A DNA stretch of 64,000 nt from Candidatus Brocadiia bacterium (lineage in GTDB: Bacteria > Planctomycetota > Brocadiia > CAIUPP01), in NCBI GenBank assembly GCA_050015075.1, contig JBEKCB010000002.1, positions 64,001 through 128,000 of the forward strand. Direction: 5' to 3'. Below the pieces are notes generated by a model that saw only the letters and a list, made by a program, of their open reading frames with translations, was not told where the DNA came from and searched no databases. The position numbers and the translations under genes are program-made. Shown piece by piece: positions 9,809 to 18,742 of the stretch. Position 1 is the first letter of the stretch; every line of letters begins with the position of its first letter.

Positions 9809-10777
9809 TTATTTCTTCACGCACAGCCGGTACAGATTCGGGATCGTGACGGCGTGGTCGCCGCGGAAGTAGTAGCTTTGGCCGCCGTCGGCGACGGTGC
9901 GGACCAGGATGGTCTTCCACGGGCGATAGTACAGGTGCCGGTCATGGCGCGGCATGGCGGTGCGGAAGTCCTCCGGCACGTCCTGCACGTCGAAGACGGC
10001 GGTGGTGAACCGCCGGATGGCGCGGCGCTGCTGGCGCGCGACGTTCCGCGCCATCGAGAGCGCCTTGAGATACACTTCCGGCCCCATGACGGCGGTGCCG
10101 ATGTTGAGGAACACACCGCCTTCGAGCCCCTCGATCGCCCGCGCGAAGGTCAGGAAGTCGCGGTACGAGGCCTTGCCGATCACGGCGCCGTCGCAGCGCG
10201 GGTCCTCGTGGATGATGTCGTAGCCGATGCCGACGTGCACGGTGACCGGCACGCGCAGGCGGTAGCCGGCGGCGAAGAGGCTGATGTCGCGGTGCGGGAA
10301 TTTCCCCTTTTCGATGGCGCGGCCGACCGCCTGGCCCATGCCGAGCCCGTCGCGGACGCCTCGGCGGAACGCGTCGTGCAGCAGCCCGGTCTCGCGCCAC
10401 AGGCCGAACTGGCCCTGCCGGATGTAATCCGCCACGCTCTCGGAGGTCGCGCCGATCATCGCGAACTCGAAGTCGTGCACGGCGCACGCGCCGTTGGCGG
10501 CGACGTGCGTGACCAGGCCGCGCTCCATCATCTCGATGAGGAACCGCGCGCAGCCGCGCTTGATCACGTGCGCGCCGATCATGAGGATGACCGGCCGCTT
10601 CTTCTTCCGCGCCGCGACCATGCGCTGCGCGAGCGTGGCGAAGTCCGGCGGCGCGAACGGCTCGACCGAGGCGTCGAGCGGGAGAATGTCGCGCAGCGTC
10701 AGCGCGTGCTTCCGCTCGGCGAGCGGCCTGAGCTTCAGGCGCGAACGGTCGAAAATCGGATAGGGTTTATCGGCCAT
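9809..10777 (-). CDS. Conserved hypothetical protein, deoxyhypusine-synthase-like fold
   Basis: GAHVIK, ANGACAVHDFE, HVGIGYDIIH, NIGTAVMGPEVYLKALSMARN motifs. Confidence 0.7.
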   Translation of the reverse strand: MADKPYPIFDRSRLKLRPLAERKHALTLRDILPLDASVEPFAPPDFATLAQRMVAARKKKRPVILMIGAHVIKRGCARFLIEMMERGLVTHVAANGACAVHDFEFAMIGATSESVADYIRQGQFGLWRETGLLHDAFRRGVRDGLGMGQAVGRAIEKGKFPHRDISLFAAGYRLRVPVTVHVGIGYDIIHEDPRCDGAVIGKASYRDFLTFARAIEGLEGGVFLNIGTAVMGPEVYLKALSMARNVARQQRRAIRRFTTAVFDVQDVPEDFRTAMPRHDRHLYYRPWKTILVRTVADGGQSYYFRGDHAVTIPNLYRLCVKK

Positions 10778-10887
10778 GGCCGCGGCTCCAATTGAGGCAA
10801 ACTTCCCGGATTTCCGGCCCAGATGCTAACGCAACCGCTTTTCGGGCGCAAGCGTTGAAAAAAAGTGCGAAGCGCGGCGCATTCGAA

Positions 10888-10972
10888 GTCATTCTGAGCG
10901 CAGCGAAGAATCTCATACCCTGCACCGCTTCAGGCCGCTGCGTGTGAGATGCTTCGCTGCGTTCAGCATGAC
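10888..10972. repeat. REP-like hairpin, copy 2
   Basis: gtcattctgagcgcagcgaagaatctc ... gagatgcttcgctgcgttcagcatgac. Confidence 0.8.
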
Positions 10973-10999
10973 AAACCATTCGCACTCCGACATTCTTCC

Positions 11000-11028
11000 T
11001 TGACGCCGCCGGGCGCGGAGGCTAGTAT
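11000..11028 (+). promoter_or_regulatory. Sigma70-like promoter
   Basis: TTGACG-N17-TAGTAT upstream of the aldolase gene. Confidence 0.5.
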
Positions 11029-11075
11029 CGGCCGTGATGCGTCGGCGCAATGAGCCCTGTTTCAGGAGGCCGGAA

Positions 11076-11882
11076 ATGCTCGGGAAAGGAATTCGGCTCG
11101 AACGGATTCTCAATCGCGAATCGGGCAGGACGGTGATCGTGCCGATGGACCATGGCGTGACGGTCGGGCCGATCCCGGGGATCGAGGACATGCGCGAGAT
11201 GGTCAACGCGATGGCCGACGGCGGCGCGAATGCCGTGCTCGGGCACATGGGCCTGCCGCTGTACGGGCATCGCCGGTACGGCAAGGACATCGGGCTGATC
11301 CTGCATCTTTCCGGGAGCACGGTCTGGAGCCCGGACCCGAACGCGAAGGTGCTGGTGAACACGGTGGAGAACGCGCTGCGGAACGGGGCGGACGCCGTGA
11401 GCGTTCACGTGAACATCGGCGCGCTGAACGAGGCGGACATGCTGCGCGACCTCGGCACGGTCTCGGTGCAGTGCATGGAGTGGGGCCTGCCGCTGCTGGC
11501 GATGATGTACACGCGCGGGCCGAAGTTCAAGTCGGAGACGAGCCTCGAGGGCATCCGGCACGCGGCGCGGATCGCCGCCGAGGTGGGCGCGGACCTGGTG
11601 AAGGTGAGCTATACCGGCTCGAAGGAGAGCTTCGCCAAAGTGATCGCCGGCTGCCCGATCCCGGTGCTGATCGCCGGCGGCGAGAAGGACTCGAACGACC
11701 GCAACATCCTGCAGATCGTCCGCGATTCGCTCGACGCGGGCGCGTCGGGGGTTTCCATCGGGCGGAACGCCTTCCAGCACAAGCACCCGGAGCGGTTCGT
11801 GCGGGCGGTCTGCGCCATGGTGCATCAGAACGCGACCGTCCGCGACGGGCTGGACATTCTGGCCCTGGCCGGGCAAAGTTGA
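11076..11882 (+). CDS. DhnA-type class I aldolase / 2-amino-3,7-dideoxy-D-threo-hept-6-ulosonate synthase-like
   Basis: MLGKGIRLERI, PMDHGVTVGP, GADAVSVHVNIG, GADLVK, GRNAFQH; AGGAGG RBS. Confidence 0.85.
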   Translation: MLGKGIRLERILNRESGRTVIVPMDHGVTVGPIPGIEDMREMVNAMADGGANAVLGHMGLPLYGHRRYGKDIGLILHLSGSTVWSPDPNAKVLVNTVENALRNGADAVSVHVNIGALNEADMLRDLGTVSVQCMEWGLPLLAMMYTRGPKFKSETSLEGIRHAARIAAEVGADLVKVSYTGSKESFAKVIAGCPIPVLIAGGEKDSNDRNILQIVRDSLDAGASGVSIGRNAFQHKHPERFVRAVCAMVHQNATVRDGLDILALAGQS

Positions 11883-11893
11883 AAACATTCTGC

Positions 11894-12006
11894 TTCACCA
11901 CGACGACGCGAGGGCCACGACGAACATCAACAGACAGCATTCCGTAACAGCAGTTCCGTCGTGCCCGCCGTGTCGTCGTGGTGAAAGTTTACGTCGTAGT
12001 GGTGGA
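11894..12006. repeat. Palindromic intergenic mini-element, copy 2 of the 7130 family
   Basis: Shares arms, the spacer gtaacagcagttccgtcgtg and the tail aagtttacgtcgt with 7130-7262. Confidence 0.8.
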
Positions 12007-12023
12007 TGAGTTTTGCGGCGCGG

Positions 12024-12296
12024 TCAGGTGCCGCGGATTCTCTTCAGCGCCCACTGAGCGGAATTGCGGACGCTCAAATCCGGGTCCTTTTCGGCGATTA
12101 CGACGAGCGGCTCGATGGCGGTCGTGGCGACCGGTTTCATCTTGCCGAGCGACCAGGCCGCGGATCGGCGGCGGTCCGGCAAAGGGTCTTTCAAGTCAGT
12201 GACGAGCTTCTCGATCTCTCTGTCGCGCGGCGACACCGAGCTTTTTTCCAAGCCCAGGGCCCGCACGAGCGACTTCCAGAAAGGCTCCGGCGCCAT
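12024..12296 (-). CDS. Small HEAT-repeat protein
   Basis: DPLPDRRRSAAWSLGKM and DPDLSVRNSAQWALKRI. Confidence 0.75.
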   Translation of the reverse strand: MAPEPFWKSLVRALGLEKSSVSPRDREIEKLVTDLKDPLPDRRRSAAWSLGKMKPVATTAIEPLVVIAEKDPDLSVRNSAQWALKRIRGT

Positions 12297-12390
12297 CCTT
12301 GTACCTCGTCCGTTGAAGAACCTGCTGCCCTGCCCCGCCCCGCCGAACGCTCCGGCATGGCGTATAGTTTAAGCCGGCTTCGCCGCGATT

Positions 12391-13554
12391 TCAAGTCCCC
12401 CGTTTCTGCGCCGGCACCGTCCGGATCGGAGGCTTGCCGTCCGCCGGGTTCGGCTTGCCGGAGGCCGGTGCGCTCAGCGATTCGCCGAGCGCGGCTTCGT
12501 AGTCGGCGCCCATGTCCTCGCCGGAAATCATTTCGCCGCCGAGGATGCGCCTGCGGTGACCCTGGAAGATCGCGCGGAGGGCTCTTTCTTTCGCGCCACG
12601 CGGCCCGACGGCCGCCGACACCTCGGCGTCTATCGTCGCCTGAAGCGTTTTCTGCTCGGCGTAGGCATCGGCGAGCTGCTGCTTGGATTGATCCAGGTTG
12701 TCGTAAAAAGTTATCCCGTTCCCATTCCATTCCCACAGGAGATTGCCGTTGGCGTCTCTGCCGCTGGTCACCCTCGGCGCCTGGTTGGGCTGGTTGGGCT
12801 GGCTGGGCGGCACGGCGAGCATGTTGCCCGGGTTGGGCTGGTTTTGGTTGGGCTGGTTGGAAATGGACCTGTTGACTCTCTGCGCGACCTGTGCGCGCGC
12901 CGCTTCCTTCTTCGTGATCTCCGCCTGCACTTCCGTGATCTTCTTGCTCAGGGCGTCCACGTCGTCCTTATGCGCCGTGGTGATCGCGGCGGTCTTGGCG
13001 TTCCGCTGCGGTTCCACCCGGGCGAGCGCTTTCTTGCAAAGGGCGTCGCTGCGGGCGATGGCCGCGTCCTGTGCGCTGATCGCGTCCCGATCGTACGCGC
13101 TCACCAGTTCGCGGGTCCCTGAAAGATAGGTATCGGACGGGATAACCATGCCGTCCTTGAGCGGCCACGGCGCCGTCGTCCGCACGTAGTATTCTTTCAT
13201 CGCCTCGAACTCGTTCGGATCGAGCGGCTCCACCAGGAACGAGCGGAAAACGTTGCCCGAGTATTTCTGTCCGCCGATTGTCGCGGTCAGGATCGTGCCC
13301 TTGTCGAGCCGGTCAATCTCCACGGCCCCTTCCTCGGAGGGCGGCAGGAACGCTTTGACCTGCGCTCTCACGATCGCCCGGACCTGCTCGGCCACGTGCG
13401 GGGGCAGCAGGCCTTTCGGGAAAGCCGCCGCTGCGGGCGTGGCGGCTTCGGGCTCCGGCGCGGACTGCTGCGCCTGGAGCGGCGCACAAATCCACCCCGC
13501 CAGCGCCAGCAGACACCCGGCCAGCCCGGCGCGGAGTTCACGTTGCAGCTTCAT
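12391..13554 (-). CDS. Hypothetical secreted protein with helical region and QPN-rich linker
   Basis: Signal peptide MKLQRELRAGLAGCLLALAGW...AQ; GC-type codon usage. Confidence 0.7.
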   Translation of the reverse strand: MKLQRELRAGLAGCLLALAGWICAPLQAQQSAPEPEAATPAAAAFPKGLLPPHVAEQVRAIVRAQVKAFLPPSEEGAVEIDRLDKGTILTATIGGQKYSGNVFRSFLVEPLDPNEFEAMKEYYVRTTAPWPLKDGMVIPSDTYLSGTRELVSAYDRDAISAQDAAIARSDALCKKALARVEPQRNAKTAAITTAHKDDVDALSKKITEVQAEITKKEAARAQVAQRVNRSISNQPNQNQPNPGNMLAVPPSQPNQPNQAPRVTSGRDANGNLLWEWNGNGITFYDNLDQSKQQLADAYAEQKTLQATIDAEVSAAVGPRGAKERALRAIFQGHRRRILGGEMISGEDMGADYEAALGESLSAPASGKPNPADGKPPIRTVPAQKRGT

Positions 13555-13710
13555 GCGATTCCCGTTTCTGAAAAACGCCCTTTTTCGCCGCTGGAACTCG
13601 AGCGGCACAGCGCCGCCGGAGCATCCGCCCGCCGCCCGACGGCGGGCCGCCGCCTTGACGCGACCCGAGAGCATTTGGCTTTGATCGTACCACAACACCA
13701 CGCGCCCATG

Positions 13711-14178
13711 TCAAGGGAAAATGTCCAGTTCGTATCGCAGTTGCTCGCCGCGCATCCCGTCCTGGCCGACGGAGCGGAAGCCGGCCTTCTCGTACGCGCG
13801 GCGGGCGCGGCGGTTGTCGGCGCGGACGTGGGCGAGCAGGCGCACCATTCCCATCGCGCGCGCGCGGCGGGCCAGGTCCGCGAGCAAGTCCTGAACGATT
13901 CCCCGGCCGCGAAAGTCCGAATGCGAGGCGACGTTGAAAACCCAGCCGGAGTCGTCCTTCCTCAGGAGTTTCGCGTGCACGCCGATGCGGCCGCCCTCAA
14001 CGGCGACGAGCGTGATGCCCTGCCCTGCCTCCTGCAACGCCAGGTCTTCGCGGACTGCATCGAGGACATCCTCGGGCGGCAGGTCGGGAAAGCAGTTCTT
14101 CGCGAGATCGGCGGCGTCGTCTTGCTGGAGCGGGCGGATGATTATCGCCACGGGCGATTCCGGTCCATGTCGCGGCAT
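13711..14178 (-). CDS. GNAT family N-acetyltransferase
   Basis: DFRGRGI acetyl-CoA motif, NRRARRAYEKAGF. Confidence 0.85.
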   Translation of the reverse strand: MPRHGPESPVAIIIRPLQQDDAADLAKNCFPDLPPEDVLDAVREDLALQEAGQGITLVAVEGGRIGVHAKLLRKDDSGWVFNVASHSDFRGRGIVQDLLADLARRARAMGMVRLLAHVRADNRRARRAYEKAGFRSVGQDGMRGEQLRYELDIFP

Positions 14179-14187
14179 ACTTGATTC

Positions 14188-14276
14188 AATCGTCCTCGTC
14201 CGCGTCCTCGTCGGCGTCCTCGAAGTGCCGTTCGTTACGGCCGAGGACGAGGACGACGACGAGGACGAGTACGATT
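14188..14276. repeat. 6-bp-period palindromic element (CGTCCT/AGGACG)n
   Basis: aatcgtcctcgtcc... and ...gaggacgagtacgatt inverted arms. Confidence 0.75.
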
Positions 14277-14304
14277 AGCCCGCAGCGGGCATCGGACCCA
14301 ATCC

Positions 14305-15420
14305 CTATTTCTTCGGCGCGCCCTGCTCGATCAGATTCCGCAGCACGTCGAGGCCGCGCGCGATTGTCTGGTCGGAGGCGGCGTACGAGATGCGGACGTG
14401 CGTCGCCTTCTCGGAGAAGACGGAACCGGGGATGATGAGCAGCTCATGACGGATGGCCTCGGCGACGAACTCGTGGTCGGAGCCCCATGGAACTTTCGGG
14501 AAGATGTAGAACGCGCCGCCGGGCTGCTGGACCTCGTACCCGGCGCGGCGGAGCCCGTCGTAGATCGCGTCGCGTTTGAGGCGATAGGCGTCGCGATAGC
14601 CGCGCGTGTCGGTCTCGAACGCCTTCAGCGCGGCGAACTGGGCGAACGACGGGGCGCAGACGAACGAGAACTGCTGGAGCTTGGTCATCTCCTGGACGAT
14701 TTCCTTCGGGCCGGCGGCGTATCCGACGCGCCAGCCGGTCATCGCGTGCGACTTGGAGAATCCGCCCAGCATGAGCGTGTTCGGATAGAGCGCTCCGACG
14801 CTCCGGACCGACTCGCCGTAGGTGAAGAGGTCGTAAATCTCGTCCGAGACGATCAGCGCGCCGCTCTTCCTGGCGAGCGCGGCGATCCGGGCCAGTTCCT
14901 CCTGCGGGATCACCGCGCCGGTGGGGTTCGCGGGCGAGTTGAGCAGGATCAGCCGGGTCTTGCGCGTCAGGTGCGGCTTGAGCCGCTCGGCGGTGACCGC
15001 AAAATCCGGATACGTGTCCACGAACACCGGCTTGCCGCCGCAGAGGTTGACGAGGTGCTTGTACATGACGAAGTACGGATCGGGGATGATGACTTCGTCG
15101 CCGGGGTTGACCGTCACGAGGAAGGCCAGCATCAGCGCGCCGGAGACGCCCGAGGTGATCAGCAGCGCTTCGGGGTCGAGGCCCTTCTCGGCGGCCAGCC
15201 ACTTCCGCAGGCCCTCGTGAAGCTCCGGGATGCCCTGCGTGACGGTGTAGCGGTTGCGCCCCTTCCGGATGGCTTCGATCGCGGCATCCTTGACCGGGCC
15301 GGGCACGTCGAAGTCGGGCTGGCCGATCGAGAGGTTGATCGGGTCCTTCATGCTCGCGGCGAGATCGAAGACTTTGCGGATTCCGGACGAGTCCAGCAGG
15401 GCCATGCGATCGGCGATCAT
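14305..15420 (-). CDS. PLP-dependent aminotransferase class I/II
   Basis: NLSIGQPDF, NSPANPTG, SDEIY, FSKSHAMTGWRVG. Confidence 0.93.
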   Translation of the reverse strand: MIADRMALLDSSGIRKVFDLAASMKDPINLSIGQPDFDVPGPVKDAAIEAIRKGRNRYTVTQGIPELHEGLRKWLAAEKGLDPEALLITSGVSGALMLAFLVTVNPGDEVIIPDPYFVMYKHLVNLCGGKPVFVDTYPDFAVTAERLKPHLTRKTRLILLNSPANPTGAVIPQEELARIAALARKSGALIVSDEIYDLFTYGESVRSVGALYPNTLMLGGFSKSHAMTGWRVGYAAGPKEIVQEMTKLQQFSFVCAPSFAQFAALKAFETDTRGYRDAYRLKRDAIYDGLRRAGYEVQQPGGAFYIFPKVPWGSDHEFVAEAIRHELLIIPGSVFSEKATHVRISYAASDQTIARGLDVLRNLIEQGAPKK

Positions 15421-15446
15421 CCGATATCCTCCGCTGACGCCCGTTG

Positions 15447-15481
15447 AAAAAGCAGGGAGGCAGCCGTCGTTGCCTCCCTGC
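15447..15481 (-). terminator. Intrinsic terminator after the small basic protein gene
   Basis: gcagggaggca...tgcctccctgc stem with T-run on the minus strand. Confidence 0.75.
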
Positions 15482-15505
15482 GCGCGCATCCGAATTGTGT
15501 TGAGG

Positions 15506-15889
15506 CTACTTCTTCGCGCCCTTTTCCGGAGCGGCCTTGCCGGCGCCTTTGGCAGCCGGAGCGGCAGCCGGAGCAGCCTTGCCGGCGGCGCCTTTGGCGG
15601 CCGGTGCGCCCGCCGGAGCGGCCTTGCCAGCGGCGCCCTTGGCGCCGGGTGCGCCCGCCGGAGCGGCAGCCGGAGCGCCGGCGGCAACCGGGGCGGCCTC
15701 GCCAGCTTCAACCTTGGCGGCCTTGCGGCGCTTCACGCGGCGCACCTTGACCTTGGGCAGGCCGAAGACGGAATCGCCGTCGCGCCATTTTCCGGCTTCC
15801 TTCAACTCGTCGAGCCGCTCGGCGCGGGTCAGCACGCTCCGCGCGCGGAGCAGCGTGCTCTTCACTTTCAGGCTCCTGTCCACAGTCAT
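15506..15889 (-). CDS. PVC-superphylum small basic protein with Ala/Lys/Pro-rich tail
   Basis: MTVDRSLK...RSVLTRAERL...W..GDSVFGLPKVKV signature. Confidence 0.85.
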   Translation of the reverse strand: MTVDRSLKVKSTLLRARSVLTRAERLDELKEAGKWRDGDSVFGLPKVKVRRVKRRKAAKVEAGEAAPVAAGAPAAAPAGAPGAKGAAGKAAPAGAPAAKGAAGKAAPAAAPAAKGAGKAAPEKGAKK

Positions 15890-15903
15890 CGCTCGACACT
15901 CCC

Positions 15904-16551
15904 TTACTTTATGACCTTTTCCCAACTGCACAGAAAACGCTGATTCCGATACGTCAGGGGGCTGACTTTCTTCTTGAACGCCTCGGCATCCTTCGACTGG
16001 TAATTCGGGAAGCGGCCGATGTTCACGCTCCACGACGACGCGCTCAACGGCAGCGGAAAGGCGTCGTATCCCATCGCGCACAGATCAGCCGTAATCCGCT
16101 CCGCGTTCTGCCGGTCAATGCTCGAGGTCATCAGGCGCAGCGTATAGTACGGCAGCGCCGGCGCGTTCGACGCCGGGATGGCCAGCGCCGGCGTTTTCGC
16201 CGTGTCGGGCGGCTGGATCGAATCGCTGCTCGCCACGCTCGCCATGCTGGCCGCGCTCGCCGGGCCCGAACGGCCGAGAGAGTGGCCCCAGACAAACGCG
16301 CCGGCCAGCGCCAGCACCACCGCGACCGCCATGACTACCAGCAACTCGCGGCTGAGGGTCAGCACGACCTTGTTCGAGGGCGCGGCCGTCTCGCGGCCGG
16401 ACAACGGTTTCACGCCGGCCGGAACAGCCGCCGCAGGCGCATCCGCGGATGCGGCCTCCGGGTTCTTCCGCCACCACGTCGTCGGCTCCTTCTGCTCCGG
16501 CACGCGCCGGAAGACCTCGAAAAACTCGCGTCGGCGCCTCTTCATATTCAT
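15904..16551 (-). CDS. Single-pass membrane protein with C-terminal SPOR-like domain
   Basis: One TM helix, low-complexity linker, then YTLRL...AERI...L...GYDAF...VNIGRF pattern. Confidence 0.6.
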   Translation of the reverse strand: MNMKRRRREFFEVFRRVPEQKEPTTWWRKNPEAASADAPAAAVPAGVKPLSGRETAAPSNKVVLTLSRELLVVMAVAVVLALAGAFVWGHSLGRSGPASAASMASVASSDSIQPPDTAKTPALAIPASNAPALPYYTLRLMTSSIDRQNAERITADLCAMGYDAFPLPLSASSWSVNIGRFPNYQSKDAEAFKKKVSPLTYRNQRFLCSWEKVIK

Positions 16552-16728
16552 CGCCTCCGTCGGATGCGTCGGACGGTGGAATTGGGATCATCCAGATGAG
16601 AACTTTGCACAAATTACCAGAAACGCCTGCGCCAGTCAAAAGGAATGCCGCTTGCAGTTGAGCGGGCATGCGGGTATTCTGTTAGCCGCCGGTCGTTCAG
16701 TCGAAAAGAATCCAGAGGCTCAGCGCAG

Positions 16729-17898
16729 ATGGCATCTCCGGCAAGCGTGCTGTACGTCAACCACGTCTCGCAGATCTCCAGCGGCGAGGAGAGCCTGCTC
16801 GACCTCATGACGCGGCTGGATCGCAACCGGTTCGTGCCGGTCCTCGCCTGTCCGCCGGGCGATTTGGCGGCGCGCGCAGAGGCGGCCGGAATTCGGACCG
16901 AACTGCTGCCGATGCCGCGCTTCCATCGCACCCGCAACCCGCTCAAGGTGAGCACCTACGCGCTCTCGTGGGTGGTGGGCGCCAACCAGCTTCGCCGGGT
17001 CATCCGCGATGTCGCCCCGAAGATCGTTCACGCGAACAGCGCCACGGCGCAGCTCTTCACCGGGGCGATGGCGCAGAAGGCGGGAATCCCCTGCGCGTGG
17101 CACTCGCGCGACTTGCGCCGGCTGCCGTTCCCGGCCGCCACGCTCTGCCGGCACGCGGACCGCGTCATCGCCGTCTCCGAGGCGGTGGCGGAATTCCTCG
17201 CCGCGTCGGGCCTGTCGCGGCCGAAGGTGACGCGCATCTACGGCGGCATTGACCCGGCCGTCTGGCGCGCTCGCGTGACGGGCAAGGACGTGCGAGCCGA
17301 GCTTGGCCTCGCGGCCGGCGACCGCATTCTGCTGATGGCCGCGCAACTCTTCCCGTGGCACCGCCACGAGGACGCGATCCGCGCGATGAGTTTCATCCTG
17401 CCGAAGGAGCCTTCCGCGCGGCTGGTGCTCGCCGGATCGGACCCGTTCGGCGAGCACGGCGAAATGGCCGCGAACCTCGAACGGCTCGCCGACGAGGCCG
17501 GCGTCCGCAAGAACGTGATCTTCATCGGACACCGCGACGACATTCCCGACCTGATGAACGCGGCGGACCTGCTCCTGATCCCCTCCGACGCGGAGCCGTT
17601 CGGGCGCGCCGCGCTCGAGGCCATGGCGCTGGGCAAGCCGGTGGTCGGGACGCGCGCCGGCGGCCTGCCCGAAGTGGTGCGCGACGGCGAGACCGGGCTG
17701 CTGGTGGTGCCGCGTTTTCCGGAGAGCCTGGCCGAGACATGCACGCGCGTGCTGCAGAACCGCCACCTGGCGAACTCCCTCGGCGAGGCCGGCCGCGCGC
17801 GCGTCGAGAACGCGTTCCACGTGGACCGCACCGTCCAGGAGACGATGGCGCTCTACGACGCCATGCTTCACCCGCCGCTCAAGTGGATCCATTCGTAA
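16729..17898 (+). CDS. Glycosyltransferase family 4 (GT-B)
   Basis: EPFGRAALEAMALGKPVV, GGLPEVVRDGETGLLV. Confidence 0.92.
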   Translation: MASPASVLYVNHVSQISSGEESLLDLMTRLDRNRFVPVLACPPGDLAARAEAAGIRTELLPMPRFHRTRNPLKVSTYALSWVVGANQLRRVIRDVAPKIVHANSATAQLFTGAMAQKAGIPCAWHSRDLRRLPFPAATLCRHADRVIAVSEAVAEFLAASGLSRPKVTRIYGGIDPAVWRARVTGKDVRAELGLAAGDRILLMAAQLFPWHRHEDAIRAMSFILPKEPSARLVLAGSDPFGEHGEMAANLERLADEAGVRKNVIFIGHRDDIPDLMNAADLLLIPSDAEPFGRAALEAMALGKPVVGTRAGGLPEVVRDGETGLLVVPRFPESLAETCTRVLQNRHLANSLGEAGRARVENAFHVDRTVQETMALYDAMLHPPLKWIHS

Positions 17899-17901
17899 AA
17901 G

Positions 17902-17987
17902 CGATTGGCGATATCTGATTTCTGATTGATCTCGGAGCGGGCGTTGCGCCGCGAAATCAGATATCAGAAATCAGTAATCAGAAATCG
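17902..17987. repeat. 7-bp-period palindromic element (AATCAGA/TCTGATT)n
   Basis: gatatctgatttctgatt ... aatcagatatcagaaatcagtaatcagaaatc between convergent genes. Confidence 0.7.
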
Positions 17988-18002
17988 GCCGTAGCTGTTC
18001 TC

Positions 18003-18566
18003 TCAACGTCGCACCTGAAGCCGCGCCATCCGGCCGCACTCGAAGCAGCCGGCGGCCAGCGCGCCGCTTGCGGACGCATGGTCGCTCTCCGCGCAGTGGA
18101 ACAGCGGCAGCACGCCGTCGTGCGCGGCGCGGGCGAGCAGGTCGGCGGCGGCGGACGGCGGCGATCCCGGCAACGGCTGAAGGATCGTTTTCGGCCCCGC
18201 CTTGAAACTGCTTCCCGGCGCGAAAACGCGGTCGTGAGAGACGACCGCCGGCGCGTCCAGCGCGCGAGACACGGCCGCCTGAAGCTCGCCCAGGTACGCC
18301 GGGCGCAGCAGGTAATCCGGCGCCGAGAATGCCTCCGCCCAGGCGCCCACGACCCGGTAGAGGAACCGGCTGGTCGAGACGACGCCGCGCCCTTCCGTCA
18401 CGAGTATCCACACCGGCGTCGTCATGCCGCCCCGCTCTTCCTCTCGCCGGACCGAGCGCACGACGAGCGTCTCGCCGGCATAGAGCCGCGCAACGTCCGT
18501 CTCGAACAGCTCGGAAAAAAACTTATGCGCCGTCCCGAATCGGCTCACGCCCGGACCTTCTCGCAT
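18003..18566 (-). CDS. Hypothetical protein
   Basis: Only plausible ORF filling the gap; start uncertain (ATG 18566 or GTG 18548). Confidence 0.5.
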   Translation of the reverse strand: MREGPGVSRFGTAHKFFSELFETDVARLYAGETLVVRSVRREEERGGMTTPVWILVTEGRGVVSTSRFLYRVVGAWAEAFSAPDYLLRPAYLGELQAAVSRALDAPAVVSHDRVFAPGSSFKAGPKTILQPLPGSPPSAAADLLARAAHDGVLPLFHCAESDHASASGALAAGCFECGRMARLQVRR

Positions 18567-18742
18567 AGAGCAGGCAAGCGACGAGATGAACAGGACACGT
18601 TGCCATGTGTAGCATTCGTCCTGCCATCCTGTCAAAGCCGCCGGCAATTTCGCCTTTCGGCTGTCCGTGCCCTATGATAATATGGTGCATCCTGACAAGC
18701 AGGCTTGCGACCCTTAGGAACTCCTCACGAGGCGGCTGAATC

